DNA of 64,000 nt from Felis catus. Its lineage: Eukaryota. Below, piece by piece: positions 39,252-52,224 of this stretch; position 1 is the stretch's first letter; every line of letters begins with the position of its first letter. Both the position numbers and the translations under genes were made by a program. The notes under the pieces were generated by a model. The model had not been told where the DNA came from. It worked only from the letters and a program-made list of their open reading frames with translations, and searched no databases. Where the stretch lies: NCBI RefSeq assembly GCF_018350175.1, contig NC_058376.1, positions 57,660,001 through 57,724,000 of the forward strand, given 5' to 3'.

Positions 39252-40444
39252 AAAGGTAGTATTAAAGATAGTTTTGTGAAACCTTCTATTACTTTTTGGT
39301 TCATTGTTGGGAGTGGGAGAGGTAGGAAAGTGAACTGTGGTCACTTTATACTTCTGTTTCAGATACTTTAATAAGATCTCTAATATGAACATCAAGTCAC
39401 TTTTTGCTTTTAAATAACCCATAGAAGTTATAGGACATGAATCATATTTTCTTTTTCTGTCACAGACTTTTTAAAAAATATTTCCAAATGATTTGTATCC
39501 TTATTACACTCTAAATCTTGACTGACTATTCAAATATACATGAAAAATCCAGTTTTATTTTCATGGTTCTAGTGTTTTCATGGGAGCTACAGGTAGGAGG
39601 AAAACACCTATTTCTCTCTTTTTCTGTCTGAAAGATCAATAAATCCAATTTAATTAATTAGTCAGTGCTACAAATGATATTTTGTTTTTCTTTGGCCTCT
39701 AGAGTGTGCAGTAATCAGGAACACCGTACGACAGTGTCAGGCAGGGTCTTGCCAGATATGAAAGGTTCAATTCTTTGCTGTTCCTTAGCCTCTTTATATT
39801 CTAGACTTAAATCACTCTTAATAAAGAACTTTATTAAAAAACTTCAAATAATTTAGGTCTTTAGAAATCAACATTTGTATATCTCTAGGACACACCTCTG
39901 CTTTCTTGTCAAACTCCACTTCATGTGGGAAAGTGGGGGAGGAGGTAGGTTTAATGTTTGGGAGACCTTGAGAAGGTGAGGCATTCAGTGACTTTGGTAT
40001 AAGAACCATAGTGGAGAATCTGTTTCTCTACAGTTTTAAGATTCTGTGGAGGAAAATCTTACTTAGAAGTGGTTTTTAACTTTTGGGTTTAGTCTAGGAT
40101 TGGAAATATATTAGATACTTGTTTTCAGGCAATAGAAACTAACTCTGGCTAACTCAAACACAAAAAAGGAGATATATCATTAGAAGCTTGTGGAATCTAG
40201 GGGAGAGCCAAATTACCAATACTTACAGGGTAATATAAAGCCTTGCTCAGAGCTTTAAGAGTTGAAGCAACAGAAAACTGTGCCAAAGTTTACTTTTTTA
40301 TAGCAAGCAAAAACTACTCAGAAAAATTTTGCAGAAAAATTGGAAAGTAAGAATTGGTCATTTTCTCCTAGATATTAAAACAAAAGGTGAAAAATAAAAA
40401 CCTGGTAGTTATATTAATACTTAGAGTAAAATTAAACACTTACT

Positions 40445-40640
40445 GTGGGCTCCTGGGTGGCTCAGTTGGTTAAGCATCTGACGACTTCAGCTCAGCTCAT
40501 GATCTCACGGTTCATGAGTTCAAGCCCCACAACAGGCTCTTTGCTGTTAGCACGGAATCTGCTTTGTATCCTCTGCCTGCCTTGCTCTCTCTGCCCTTCC
40601 CTGCTGGTGTTCTCTCAACAAACAAACAAACAAACTTAAA
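40445..40640 (+). mobile_element. CAN-SINE with (CAAA)n tail
   Basis: TSD aaaattaaacacttact (40428-40444) / aaaattaagcacttact (40641-40657). Confidence 0.92.
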
Positions 40641-41001
40641 AAAATTAAGCACTTACTAAAATAGCCATTTGTAGTGGGTTTTTTTGTTTGTTTTTTGGTT
40701 TTTTTTTTTTAATGTACCAAGCTCTTTGTTCCCTAGGGGGTTAGTTTTTCTGATCAAATCTATCATCCTTTTTTTCTAGATGGTTTTTCATTCTTTTATT
40801 CTGAGAGTGGCTTTCCCTATTTAAATATTGTAGAATATACTTAAATATTGAAAGTATGTTTTTGATTCGGTGGATTCATTTTTTCTTTTTCCTGTCTCCA
40901 AATACTCCCTTTAGTAATGATGGCTCAATTAGGCCATAGTTCTTACAGGTTGTAAGGAGATATGATTAGCACTGTCCTTCCCAGGTTGTTCTGATATTTA
41001 A

Positions 41002-41366
41002 TGTCTTAGATCAGATTGCTATAAGAAAACACTATAGACTGGGTGGCTTAAACAGCAAATACTTATTTTTCACAGTTTTGGAGGCTGAGAAGTACAAGAT
41101 CAAGGTGCAGATTCCGTTCTTGGTGAGGACTCTTTCCTGACTTGTATGTAGACAGCCACCTTCTTGATTTGTGCTCACATGGTGGAAAGAGAGAGAGCTC
41201 GCTTCTTTTTCTTATAAGGACATTAATGTCACCATAGGAACTATACCTTCATGACCTCCTATAAACTTGATTACCACACAAGGGCCCCATCTACAGATAT
41301 TATCACTTTAGAGATTAGGACTGCAATATAAAGATTTTGAAAAGTGCAAATACTCAGTCTGTAACA
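41002..41366 (-). mobile_element. MLT1A-like MaLR solo LTR
   Basis: tgtcttagatcagattgctataagaaaacactatagactgggtggcttaaac...cagtctgtaaca; TG...CA termini. Confidence 0.8.
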
Positions 41367-41634
41367 TTTCCCTTACCCTATCTCTTCTTTACTTTCACCT
41401 CAGAAGGATATAATTCTGTTTATTTTTATTTTTAATTTGCTTTTGTTATGAGCATTGCTTATTATACATGATTTTGACATCACAGAGGAACAAAAAGTAA
41501 AAACTGATAGTTCTTTCCTTAATCCTCAGTATCCCACTTCCTAAGAATAACTAACATTATGTGCCAGAATATACAAAGTTATTGTCAGTATATATGAAGG
41601 TATATGTAGCTGTTTCTTACATTTAGATATTCAG

Positions 41635-41637
<3 letters not shown>

Positions 41638-41682
<45 letters not shown>
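41638..41682. repeat. (GT)22 microsatellite
   Basis: Direct count. Confidence 0.95.
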
Positions 41683-41683
<1 letters not shown>

Positions 41684-41813
41684 TAGCACGTGCATGTGTG
41701 TTTGTGTGTTTAGTGTGAAGCAGGGTTCTGTTTCCTAGTAATTAGCTCTTATTAGCATCTTGACTCATTATTTATCTACTCATAGAAAATACTTTGTTAT
41801 ATACCAATACCAT

Positions 41814-41818
<5 letters not shown>

Positions 41819-41848
<30 letters not shown>

Positions 41849-41935
41849 ATATATATGCAGTTTCTGTATTTTAAGTTGTATATATGTATATATATATATG
41901 TGTATATATATATTCAGTATATATATATGTATATG
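41819..41935. repeat. (GT)13 followed by degenerate (TA)n/(TG)n low-complexity tract
   Basis: Seen in sequence. Confidence 0.85.
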
Positions 41936-44217
41936 CATTTGTGTACTTTAAATTATTTTCAGATACTAATGGTATTTTTTATTTTTACTTTAGTATTTTT
42001 ATCTAGTGTTTATTTAGTATGTTTATTATTTTACTTTAGTATTTCTCCTCCCTCCTACTGGGCCATTGTTGTTTTTGAAATACTTCTTAGCTGTTCCCTA
42101 GTCCAGTTTCAAGAATTTTTATTAGTTTTCACTGTAATTGCATTGAATTTGTTTGTTAGTATGGGGAGATAGGATGTCCAAGTAGTATTGTTTTCCTATA
42201 GGAACATGACATATCTTACATTTATTTATATCATTTGCTCAGATTTATAGGTTCTTTATACCTTTATTCATGGGTGTTTGGAATGTTAATGTTTGCAAAT
42301 ATTGTAATTTTCTACAATAAATTTGTAATGGTTATCACCTCTTATACCATGTTGTATAATTTTTATACATTTTGCATGTTTATATGCACCCATATGATTC
42401 TACTAGCCCTTTATTTGGCCTTCTTCTTCTTCTTTTTTTTTTTTTTTTTACCTCATTGCACTGGGATTTCCAATGAATAGTGGTAATGATACTGTGCCAT
42501 TTTGTCTTCGTCTTTTTTTAGTAGCAGGCCTTCTTCTATTTTAGTGTAATGATGGCCACTGATTTAAGAAAAATCCATTTTATTATTAAGAATCCTTTTC
42601 TTGGTTGTTAATTTTTTTTTTTTAATCAGATGATGAACATTAAATTTTATTGAATGCCTTTTCAGCATCAAATGAGAAAGTCAATGTGAGCTTTCAGTGT
42701 TGTAAATAGTTTTAAAATATCCTTACATTCTTGGAATATCCTACTTGGTCATTGTGTCTTTTTTTTTAATAGAAAGATGGGTATTATTTCATAATATATG
42801 AAAATTTTAATATTCATAAATTGCTCTTTTATTTATATATTTTCTGGTTTAGTACCAGGCTTATGATAGCTTGCTGAAATACATTATAATACTTTATATG
42901 TCTTGGCTTAATTTTAAAAGCTTAGAAATTATCTATACTTGAAAGCATGATAGAGCACAATAAATTTGGGAGACTTGATACTTTTTGGTGGCAGTGGTTA
43001 AATAAAACCTTTTTATTCCATAGCTGTTACGTATAGTCACTGAGAAATGTCAGTCCTTTTTTTTAATACCTTCAGTCATCTCTTGGATGACACAGTTTGC
43101 TCTCTTGTTTCTTTATTATTTGTTTTTATTCATTTAGGTTTGGATGATACAGTTTGCCTGTCTCTTTACTTATATTTTACTTATTTATTTATGGGGTTTT
43201 TTTCCTCCCAAAAAGGGCTCATGGAAATAATATTGTGTAAAGTTTTTGTTGTTGTTTAGAACTGTTTGAACATGTTTAAAACACATTTTTTGTGGTTATG
43301 TTTTAGGTGATACCCTCTACATTTTTAGATTCATTTAAAAATATTAATTGGACATAGCTCTACATTTTAAAGATACTATTTATATAATATATTGTTTATC
43401 CAGTTTCCATGTTTGAGTGTTTACATTGGTTTACTTCTGAATTTGAGTATTTATTTTGTCAGGAGACATGTGAGTTATAAGCTCTCCAAGGGCTTGTATA
43501 TATGTTCAAATATACTTGTCAACGAGCAGCATCTTGCTTGAGTTTCATTTTCATAAATATTAGTCTTATTTCTCTTAAAATAATTTAGATTTGGTTCATT
43601 GCTTTCAGGAAGGAAATCAGCATTATAGGGGAAAAGTTTGATGTCTTTTTTTTTAACTTTTGCTTGTGGAATTTTTTTTCTTCATGAAATGGAAAAAATT
43701 GATTTCATATTTATATAAATGTTTTAATGAATGTTTTCTGGTAGTTAATATCTTAAGTTTTTTATAGATATTTTTGATAGAGGGACTCTCTAGAGGAAGA
43801 CACTTTGGTATTATATTTGGTTCAACAGATCCTGCATGTGGTAGTTATCTATTGCTAAGTAACAAATAGGGCTGGGATCTCATCTGAAGGCTTGCCTGGG
43901 AACTGATCTTCCAAACTTATTCTTGGCCCAATCTAGCACTTTTTCCTTCCACTACAGCCATACTGGCGGGTATTTGATTTATTTGAGAGTCACTCTTTGG
44001 ATTTAACATTCAGCCCTGAAAATATCTACCTCTTTTGAGTCCTTCCTGTTACTTATTCATAAACATGTGTGCGCGCGTGCACGTGCTCATGGGCATGTGA
44101 GCACCTGTAGAAGGGGAAGTGGGAGAGGCAGAGGGAAACAGGAAGAAGGTGGGAGGAGAATGATCAGATGTTAGTATAACTTATTTCCATTTTAAGAACT
44201 ATTTTTTTCCCCCATAG

Positions 44218-44559
44218 GTGCCTTAGCTGGGCCAATTATTGTGGAGCCACATGTCACAGCAGTATGGGGAAAGAATGTTTCATTGAAGTGTTTAATTGAA
44301 GTAAATGAAACTATAACACAAATTTCATGGGAGAAGATCCATGGCAAAAGTTCACAGACTGTTGCAGTTCATCATCCTCAGTATGGATTCTCTGTTCAAG
44401 GAGAATATCAGGGAAGAGTCTTGTTTAAAAACTATTCACTTAATGATGCTACAATTACTCTACATAACATAGGATTCTCTGATTCTGGAAAGTACATATG
44501 CAAAGCTGTTACATTCCCGCTTGGAAATGCTCAGTCCTCTACAACTGTAACTGTATTAG
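44218..44559 (+). CDS. NECTIN3: Nectin-3 exon 2 (342 nt): Ig V-type domain D1
   Basis: Acceptor ttttttcccccatag| ending 44217, donor TTAG|GTAGGT at 44560. Cys78/Cys148, conserved Trp, DSGKYIC motif, N-X-S/T sequons at N73, N83, N125. Confidence 0.98.
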
Positions 44560-46448
44560 GTAGGTATGCTTGAATTACATATTTTGGTGGTAGTGGCAAG
44601 GATTATAATAAAAATATTTCAAGAATTTAAAATGATTGAAAAAATATATATATATATAGTTTCTAAATAATTCAAATACGATTTTTCAAGTTCTGTCTTA
44701 AAATTCTGTAATTCTAGCCTCTCAATTTAAACAAAATTTTGTCTGTATCTACCCTACCCATTTATGTGATTCTGTGTGGTTCTTAGCTATTTTCCTTTCT
44801 TCATGAAAGATTATTTTTTATGTATAATACTAAGTGTTGAGTGTTTTTGACATTTTCAGTGTTCTTAAATTTTCAAACTTTAAATTACCATCTTTAAATA
44901 AGTTTTTCCATTTATTTAAATGTCCATTGTCTTAGAGCTCATTGATACACCTCATGTTTGTTTCTGAAATCAAATTTTATTTCTGCTCCTGTGGATTTTA
45001 TAGCTGTTGGAATCTTGGGCTGTTGATTGTAATGAACAATCTTCTGCCTTTTTCTGATAACTGTTAGAATCTATGGTGGAATCTAAAATGAGCTTATTAA
45101 CCACTTACAGTGAAAGGACAGTAGTTTGAAAATACTGGTTTATACTTTTGGAATAACAGAATAAGGATTAAAGAGTAATAGCAACCTGAGCCATTTCCAC
45201 CCAGAATAGTACTCCTTTAACAGGAGGTCTTTGCTCTCCATCTACCTGTTTGCCCACCTGTGATAGCTCCCCTCCTCAGTCCTCCTTCACTTTCCTTCCA
45301 GATGTTAAATGCTCATAAAAACTGCTTGTACTCCTTAGTTGGTCTTAGTTCCAGCTTTCAGAGAGACAAAAAAAGTAACTAGCCCCTGGTATTTAAAGGC
45401 ATAATTTCAGGGTCTCTGAAATGCAGGAAAGCAGTTTTTTCCAACTTTGGTAGATATTTTTTCATGTTTAGAGATACTATTTAAAAATAGAAATGAAACT
45501 AACTTCTTGAAGACTTGATATGTTTGTAATACTGCCCTAACAGCTGTGGGGATATGTAACTCACATTAATGAAATTGATACTTTTGAGGAATGTTTGATT
45601 AGAAGGCAAGGCATAAATATCTGAAAAATCAAGTGCAGGCCATCAGGGTAAAAAAGGTCCCAACAAAAGTTCAGTATCTAGAAAGTAATAGTTTATGTGT
45701 GGAAGAGGGAGCTCATGCGAATAAACTTTTATTTGCTTTAAATTTTAGTAATTCCCCTTGAATTAATACAATATTCAGTGGTTTAAAACTCAAGACTGTT
45801 TATAAGACAAGACTAGTCACGATTTTACCCATGCCTATATCTCTAGCTTCTTCTGTTCCATCCCTTTCTTCACTTTTCCTACAACCCAAATTTAATAATC
45901 ATGATAAACTATTTGCAGTTCTGGTAATACCTGTTTATGTTTTACATGTGTTTTTCTTTCTGGTTGGATTGCCTTTTTCTTCCTGTCTCTCTCCTCCTAC
46001 GTTCTTCTATTTAACTGCTATTCGTCAGACCACATCCTTTTAGAAGCCATTGTTGAAATATATAACCCCTTGCAATTTGGTGTTTTTCTCTTTTGGCTCT
46101 TTTGCCATTGTATCTTGAGCTTGTCTATTGCAGCAGTTTCCACACTGTTTACTATGTGTTTTCTCCGTTAGAAACACATGGTGGACTGCAACTATGTACT
46201 TTAAAATTTAACTTTATCTAAAGCCTACAAGGGTTCCTAGTATATAGCAGTCATGCCCTTTTAAATGTTATTTAAGTAGAGGATAGGGATGGATTGGTGA
46301 GCTTTTTAGTCTACAGAGGTGGTGTAGAAAAAAAAAATAGTTGAGTCAGCTTTGAATTTTGGGTAGGTTTTGGGTAAGAAGAAGGGAAGTAAGTGTAGGG
46401 AGAACAAGTGAGCCAGTGTAGGGAGGCAGAAAACAATACACATTTGGG

Positions 46449-46670
46449 CAGTTTTTTAGTGTCAACATTGGTGACATTTTGGGCTGAAATTCTTTGTTGT
46501 AGTGAGCTGTCCTGTCCATTGTAGACTGTTTGGCAGCATCCATGACCTCTGCGCACCAGATGGCTAGTAGCAGTCCTTCAGTTATGACAACTGAGAGTGT
46601 CTCTAGACATTGCCGGGTGTCCTCTGGGAGAGGAGAAGAGAGGAGAGATCACTTACTGTTGAGAACCCTC
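46449..46670. mobile_element. MER20-like hAT fossil
   Basis: gacattttgggctgaaattctttgttgt...gcagcatcc...tctctagacattgcc...gttgagaacc. Confidence 0.8.
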
Positions 46671-46869
46671 ATTAGTGGAACCACTGAATAATTTGTTGAT
46701 TGCTTATAGGATTTATATAAAGCACAAGAATTAAAGACTAGAGAGTTGAGTAGGACTGCATTAAAGTAACTTGAAGGTTAGGATGGGGAATTTGAGCTTT
46801 GTATTACTGGAAATGCCAAGTTAGTGTAAGGTACTGTGCTTGCCTCCCTTTTCCTACTCTCAGACTCTT

Positions 46870-47032
46870 GTTGTGTAAAATATGGTTCCTGAACCAGCAG
46901 CATTGGTATCACTTGGGAGTTTGTTAGAAATACAGAATTTCAGGCCCCTCCCAGACTTAATGAATGGTAAGTCTACATTTTAGCAGAATAGCTAAATGAT
47001 TCATATGCAGAGTAAAGTTTGAGAAGCACTGT
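46870..47032. mobile_element. MER5A-like hAT fossil
   Basis: accagcagcattggtatcacttgggagtttgttagaaatacagaatttcaggcccctcccagac...agtttgagaagcactg. Confidence 0.8.
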
Positions 47033-48299
47033 GCTTTCACTGTGCTTATAGGGATACTTAATTCATAGTAGACTTGATTTAGGGAGTAATGTGGTGAAAA
47101 TTGTGATTTATGAAGATCGGTCTGGTGTTTTTGATGGATTGAAATGAAGAAGTCCCAAAATCATAATCCTTCAGCCATGAGGACATGAAGACTTGAAATT
47201 AATTTTCTAATTTCTGCCACTTGAGGAAAGAAGGAAGCTATTATATAGGAATAACTGTCAGGACTTTCTAACTGATTGGATACAAGAAACAAGGGAGCTT
47301 TGAGCATAACAGGTTTTGAACCCTCGTGATTGAATAAGTTATGTTACTATTAACTCCAGTGGGCGTGTCTGAATGAAAACCAGGTGTTGAGGTTGGGAGG
47401 CTAAGATAATGAGTTCAGCATTTGTTTTATTGAGTTTGAGGATATATAGGCAAAAAATACTAGTTGGTAGTTAGAAACTGTGGAGTCAAGCCCTGTATCA
47501 AAATTGAATTAGAGATCATCTGGATAATAGTGTATATCAGATAAAAGTTTTTAATTAAGGCAGATGCAAAAAGTAACTGAAGGCCCCCAGGACCCAGTAT
47601 TTATTAAGGCAGAGGTTAGAAGAAACAAATAAAGAGAGCTTTGAGAAAAACTCGGGCAAAGTAATACTACTTACATGATGACAAGATAAAATTTTTAAGA
47701 TTACTCTAGCAGCTTTTACCACAGGGAGAATTAAGCCCTACAGACATGATTTGAATAACCATTTTTTTTCAGTTTTCCTAAGGATGGTGCACAGCTAGTA
47801 TCATTCTAAATGCATAGCCCAGAAAGTAATTCATTACTTACAGCAGATACTTTAAGGCATTAGTACTTAGTTCTTTGGGAAATGAATGTGAAGAACTGCA
47901 CCAAAATATCAAATTCTGTGAAGTTAGTCAAAGAAAATAGGCATACAAAAATATTGAGCCTGTAGTTTACGTGGTGACCTTAGAGTCTCAGTGCAGTGGT
48001 GGTAATAGAACCCAAATTAAGGGAATGTGATACAACAAAAAACCTTTGGGAAAATTTAACAAGTGTCCCATAGTTGATTACTATGTACCTAGTTGATTAC
48101 TTGTCTTGATGGGATATTACATAGTTGTTAGAATTATGGTTAAGAAAAGTGTTGAGAATTATGGTTAAGAAAGTGCTTGGGGGGGGGGAAGCAAAAAATA
48201 TATATCCAGATAGAAACTAGAAAAAGAAATAAAGAGAAGTGGAAGAAGGTGAAAATGACTGCATTAGGATATTGTAGTTGTGGATAATTTTCCCGTTTT

Positions 48300-50950
48300 T
48301 CCAATTTTTAGAAATACTGCTTTTGCAGTAAAAAAAATTCCATTGCTGTGCATGATGGAATGACAGGGACTGGATTTACCCTCTCTCTAAGAACAAGAAA
48401 CCAGGCAAATAAGAAAGTTTTTAGTCATTGGACAATAGGCAGTGTAGGATTATGATCCCTGAAAGAAGGAAAACAAAGCGAGTCCCTACAGTGTTCTAGC
48501 TTCCTCTTTAGGCAGTTTCCAGGCTACAGCTCACTGACAAGGATTTGAAGCAGAGAATGATGGTTTCAGGGAGAGTAAAAGAGACATTGGAATTCAGGGA
48601 GGATAGGTGATTAGAATTTGTGGAGGAGAATACTGGAAAGCAGAGAGCATCAGAGAGAGAGAGAGTGCGTGCTTTAGAGATCTACAGAAGGGCACTCTCA
48701 AGTCTTTTTGGTTTAGTACTGATGTGTGTATGTGTGAGAGGAAACTTTTGAGGTGGAGGAAAGAACCAGCAGAAAGCAGTAGATCTAACCAACAATTCTG
48801 GTGTTCACACAGGGCTGGGAAAACTTCATATTCTCCCCATTCAGAGTACAGAAGGGCATTGGTAGAATCTTCAGAGGAAGCAACAGCAAAAGTGCTAGAC
48901 AGGGAAGGGTGCAGAGAAGTTAACTAAAATATTGAGGTATATGAGAAAAGTAACTTCAGAAAGCCAATACAATCTACAACTAGGAGATTTATTCCCTTCA
49001 TAGGAGACAAAAATAGCAGTTTAAAATTGACTTTAAAATAATTTTTTAAAGCTCCTCAAAGATAAAAGCTTTTATTAATGATGGCATAAGTTATTCAGAC
49101 CAACTCTCCCATAGGAGGGATGCAGTATAAAATACCACCGAAAGCTTCAAAGAGGTAAGAATATAGTGAGAAATCTAACTAGACCAAAATCTAGGAGAAG
49201 GTAAAAACAGAAATAAGCCTAGTACTGAAAGCTGCATTCCACCTGAGGGCTTTTGAGAATTCAGAAGAAACACCTGAGATTTTGAGATTTTGAGAGCCTT
49301 GAGAAAACAGAGACAAACTTCTAAGTGTAGTTTTGCTCAAGATGGGATGTCTAGTAACCCTTCTTTTATTCACTTGGTATCCAAAGCTTACATTTTTCAG
49401 AATAGTAGTAAACTAGAAGTAAACCAGCCTTCTTACAGACTTCTAGGTTTATGATTACCTGAGTGGTCTGATTTAAAAAAAAAAAATTTTTTTTAATGTT
49501 TTTATTTTTGAGAGAGAGAGCACGCAAGCGGGGAAAGGGCAGAGAGAGAGAGAGAGACACACAGAATCCAAGCTGTCGACACGGAGCCTTGACACAGGGC
49601 TTGAACCCACACTCAACTGACAGAGCTACCCAGGCGCCCCTGAATGGTCTGATCTTAATAAGTTCAGGAGATCCTAGACTGCTTAGAGATTTCAGGAGAT
49701 TGGTAGAAGAAAAGTCCAACCTTTTCTGGTCTGGAAGAAAACTACCTTATTTTAGACCCCGGATTATTTCTCTCTTAATTATTCAGACACAGGCATATAA
49801 TTTCCTTGAGTAGGCAGGCATACAAATAAAGAAAACCCCACAAGCAGCAGCCAGCACAAATCAGACAATAGAAACAGACCTGCAAAGATACAAGATGTTG
49901 GAGTTATCAGACACAGACTATGAAACAGCATCACTTAACATTTGAAGAGATAAGTCAGTCTATAAAATTTCTGCAGAGAAGAAATTATTTAAAAAAATAC
50001 ATAATAATTTGCCTTGAAGTAGAGAAGTAATTTTTAGCATATAAAAGCAGTTAACCATAAAAGGTAACTGAAAACTGATAAATTTTGGTACATTTGAATT
50101 AAAAATTTCTGCTTACCAAAACACATCGTAGAGCAAAAAGATCCTAAACCAGTAGAGGGTATTTTTTTTAGCATATATCATCAAAAAAGGGCTCTTTTCC
50201 CAAATCAGTAAGTAAAAGCAATTGGTTTTAATAGGCATTTTGCAGAAGAAATTCCAAATAGCCTATAACATGAAAAGATCCTTAACCTCATTCATAATGT
50301 GAGAAATTAAAAATACAGTCTCGATGATAATATGATTATATACATACAAGATTCACAAACATTGGGAAGTCAGTATCAACTTGTGGTGAGTCTTTGGACC
50401 AAGAGGAGCTCTAATATTGGGAGTCATTTGGTACCTTAAAAAGCTTTTTTGGCATTATCTGGTAAAATTGAAAATAAAAATAGTACTAATTCCACTATAA
50501 GGGACAGACTAGAGAGGCATCTGCACAAATATGCCAAGGTACATGAATGAGAATGTTTCTTATAAAATTGTTTACTCCAAACAGGAAACTGCGCCAATGT
50601 CCAATGGTAAATAAACCGTACAGCAGTTAAAATTAATAATTTATACTATTGCATGTAAATTTAAATGATCTAAAAATTAAAAGTTAAAAAAATGAATTCC
50701 AAAATAATAAACTAAGGCTAATTGTTCTCAAATAAATTAATCTCAGGAACACAAAGTTGAGTCAAAGAAAAACTGTTACAAAAATGCATATAGTCCAATA
50801 TTATTTGTGTAAAGTTCAGAAATAGGTAAAATGCAACTGTTTTTAGGTTTGCATGTGTTGCTTGTAGACCTATCATGAAAAGTAAGTAAAAATATATTTC
50901 CAAAAATGGATTCATACTTGGGCCGGTAGGTGTCAAGGTCAGGAAGAGGC
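48300..50950 (+). mobile_element. Degenerate old L1 (sense), interrupted by a SINE
   Basis: A-rich tract with L1M-like 5' motifs (gggactggatttaccctc) and 3'-like motifs near 50500-50950; fragmentary. Confidence 0.5.
49474..49640 (-). mobile_element. CAN-SINE with two internal deletions
   Basis: TSD tgagtggtctgatt (49460) / tgaatggtctgatc (49641); segments present in the other local copies are missing. Confidence 0.9.
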
Positions 50951-51927
50951 ATGTTGAGGAACTTGGGAGGTGCTATTTTTTTTTTTATTAAGATGTATGG
51001 TGGTTACATAGATGTTTACTATAAAGTGTTCATTACATGTGTTGTATGTACTTTTCCCATTGCTATTTTACAGCAGTACATCTTGTAAAATACATAGGGA
51101 AATACATAAGGAAAATATCAATACGCCTTGAGGTAATTATGAAACAAAAAAAGATAGATACAAATCAAGAACAGATGGCACTGAAAGAACTAGTTGGAAA
51201 TTTTAGAAATGAATAAAAGTTATTGGGATAAAAATTTAATGTACGGAATAAGCTATAGGCTTGCGCCAAATAATTCCTGAAGTGAGACTGAGGAATTTAT
51301 ACAGAAAGAAGCACATAAAATTTGCTGGAAAATGTGAAGAGATAGTTAGTATAATGGAAGGTAGATTGAAAGCGCCTAAGCATTACGGTTACTTTTCACC
51401 TGCTGAGGAGCTTTCTTATACTAGAAAAAGGTAATGTCATCTACATTCTAAGCATAACTATTATTGACATTATACTTTAACAATGTAGGTTCCATACTGG
51501 TAACTTAATTTATATTTTCTGTAAACATTTTTGCTGCAAAATGAAGCTGTATGTCTAAAAACTACATTCTTCCCCCTTGCAGAGTGATAGTACTTACAAT
51601 CTCATAATGGAAATTATGATCCAACTTACAGGACATTTTCATATACTAACTGGGGAGAACTCATCGGTCCCTATAAAGAAAAACGTATCTCTGCTAGGGA
51701 GAACCGTCTTCAAGATTATAAAGTCTTGCTTAGCTTCTTATTTGCCTTGGTTTATGATCCTCTCTTGTTCCAAGAATCCAGTTGATGTTGGTATTACTTA
51801 AAAGTGTGTGTGTAGATTTTATAGGCCTTTGCTTCTAAGTTTATGAAATATGGTTAGATATGGCTTGGAAGGATGTAAATATATTCTTAATTGAGATGTA
51901 ACTACTTTTTTTTTTTAATTTAAACAG

Positions 51928-52224
51928 TTGAACCCACTGTGAGCCTGATAAAAGGGCCAGATTCTTTAATTGATGGAGGAAATGAAACGGTAGCAGCCAT
52001 TTGTATCGCAGCCACTGGAAAACCAGTTGCACACATTGACTGGGAAGGTGATCTTGGTGAAATGGAATCCACTACAACTTCTTTTCCAAATGAAACGGCA
52101 ACAATTGTCAGTCAGTATAAGCTGTTTCCAACCAGATTTGCTAGAGGAAGGCGAATTACTTGTGTTGTAAAACATCCAGCCTTGGAAAAGGACATCCGAT
52201 ATTCTTTCATATTAGATATACAGT
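51928..52224 (+). CDS. NECTIN3: Nectin-3 exon 3 (297 nt): Ig C2-type domain D2
   Basis: Acceptor tttaatttaaacag| ending 51927, donor CAGT|GTAAGT at 52225. Translates VEPTVSLIKGPDSLIDGGNETVAAICIAATGKP...ITCVVKHPALEKDIRYSFILDIQ; Cys193/Cys246, sequons N186 and N222. Confidence 0.98.
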
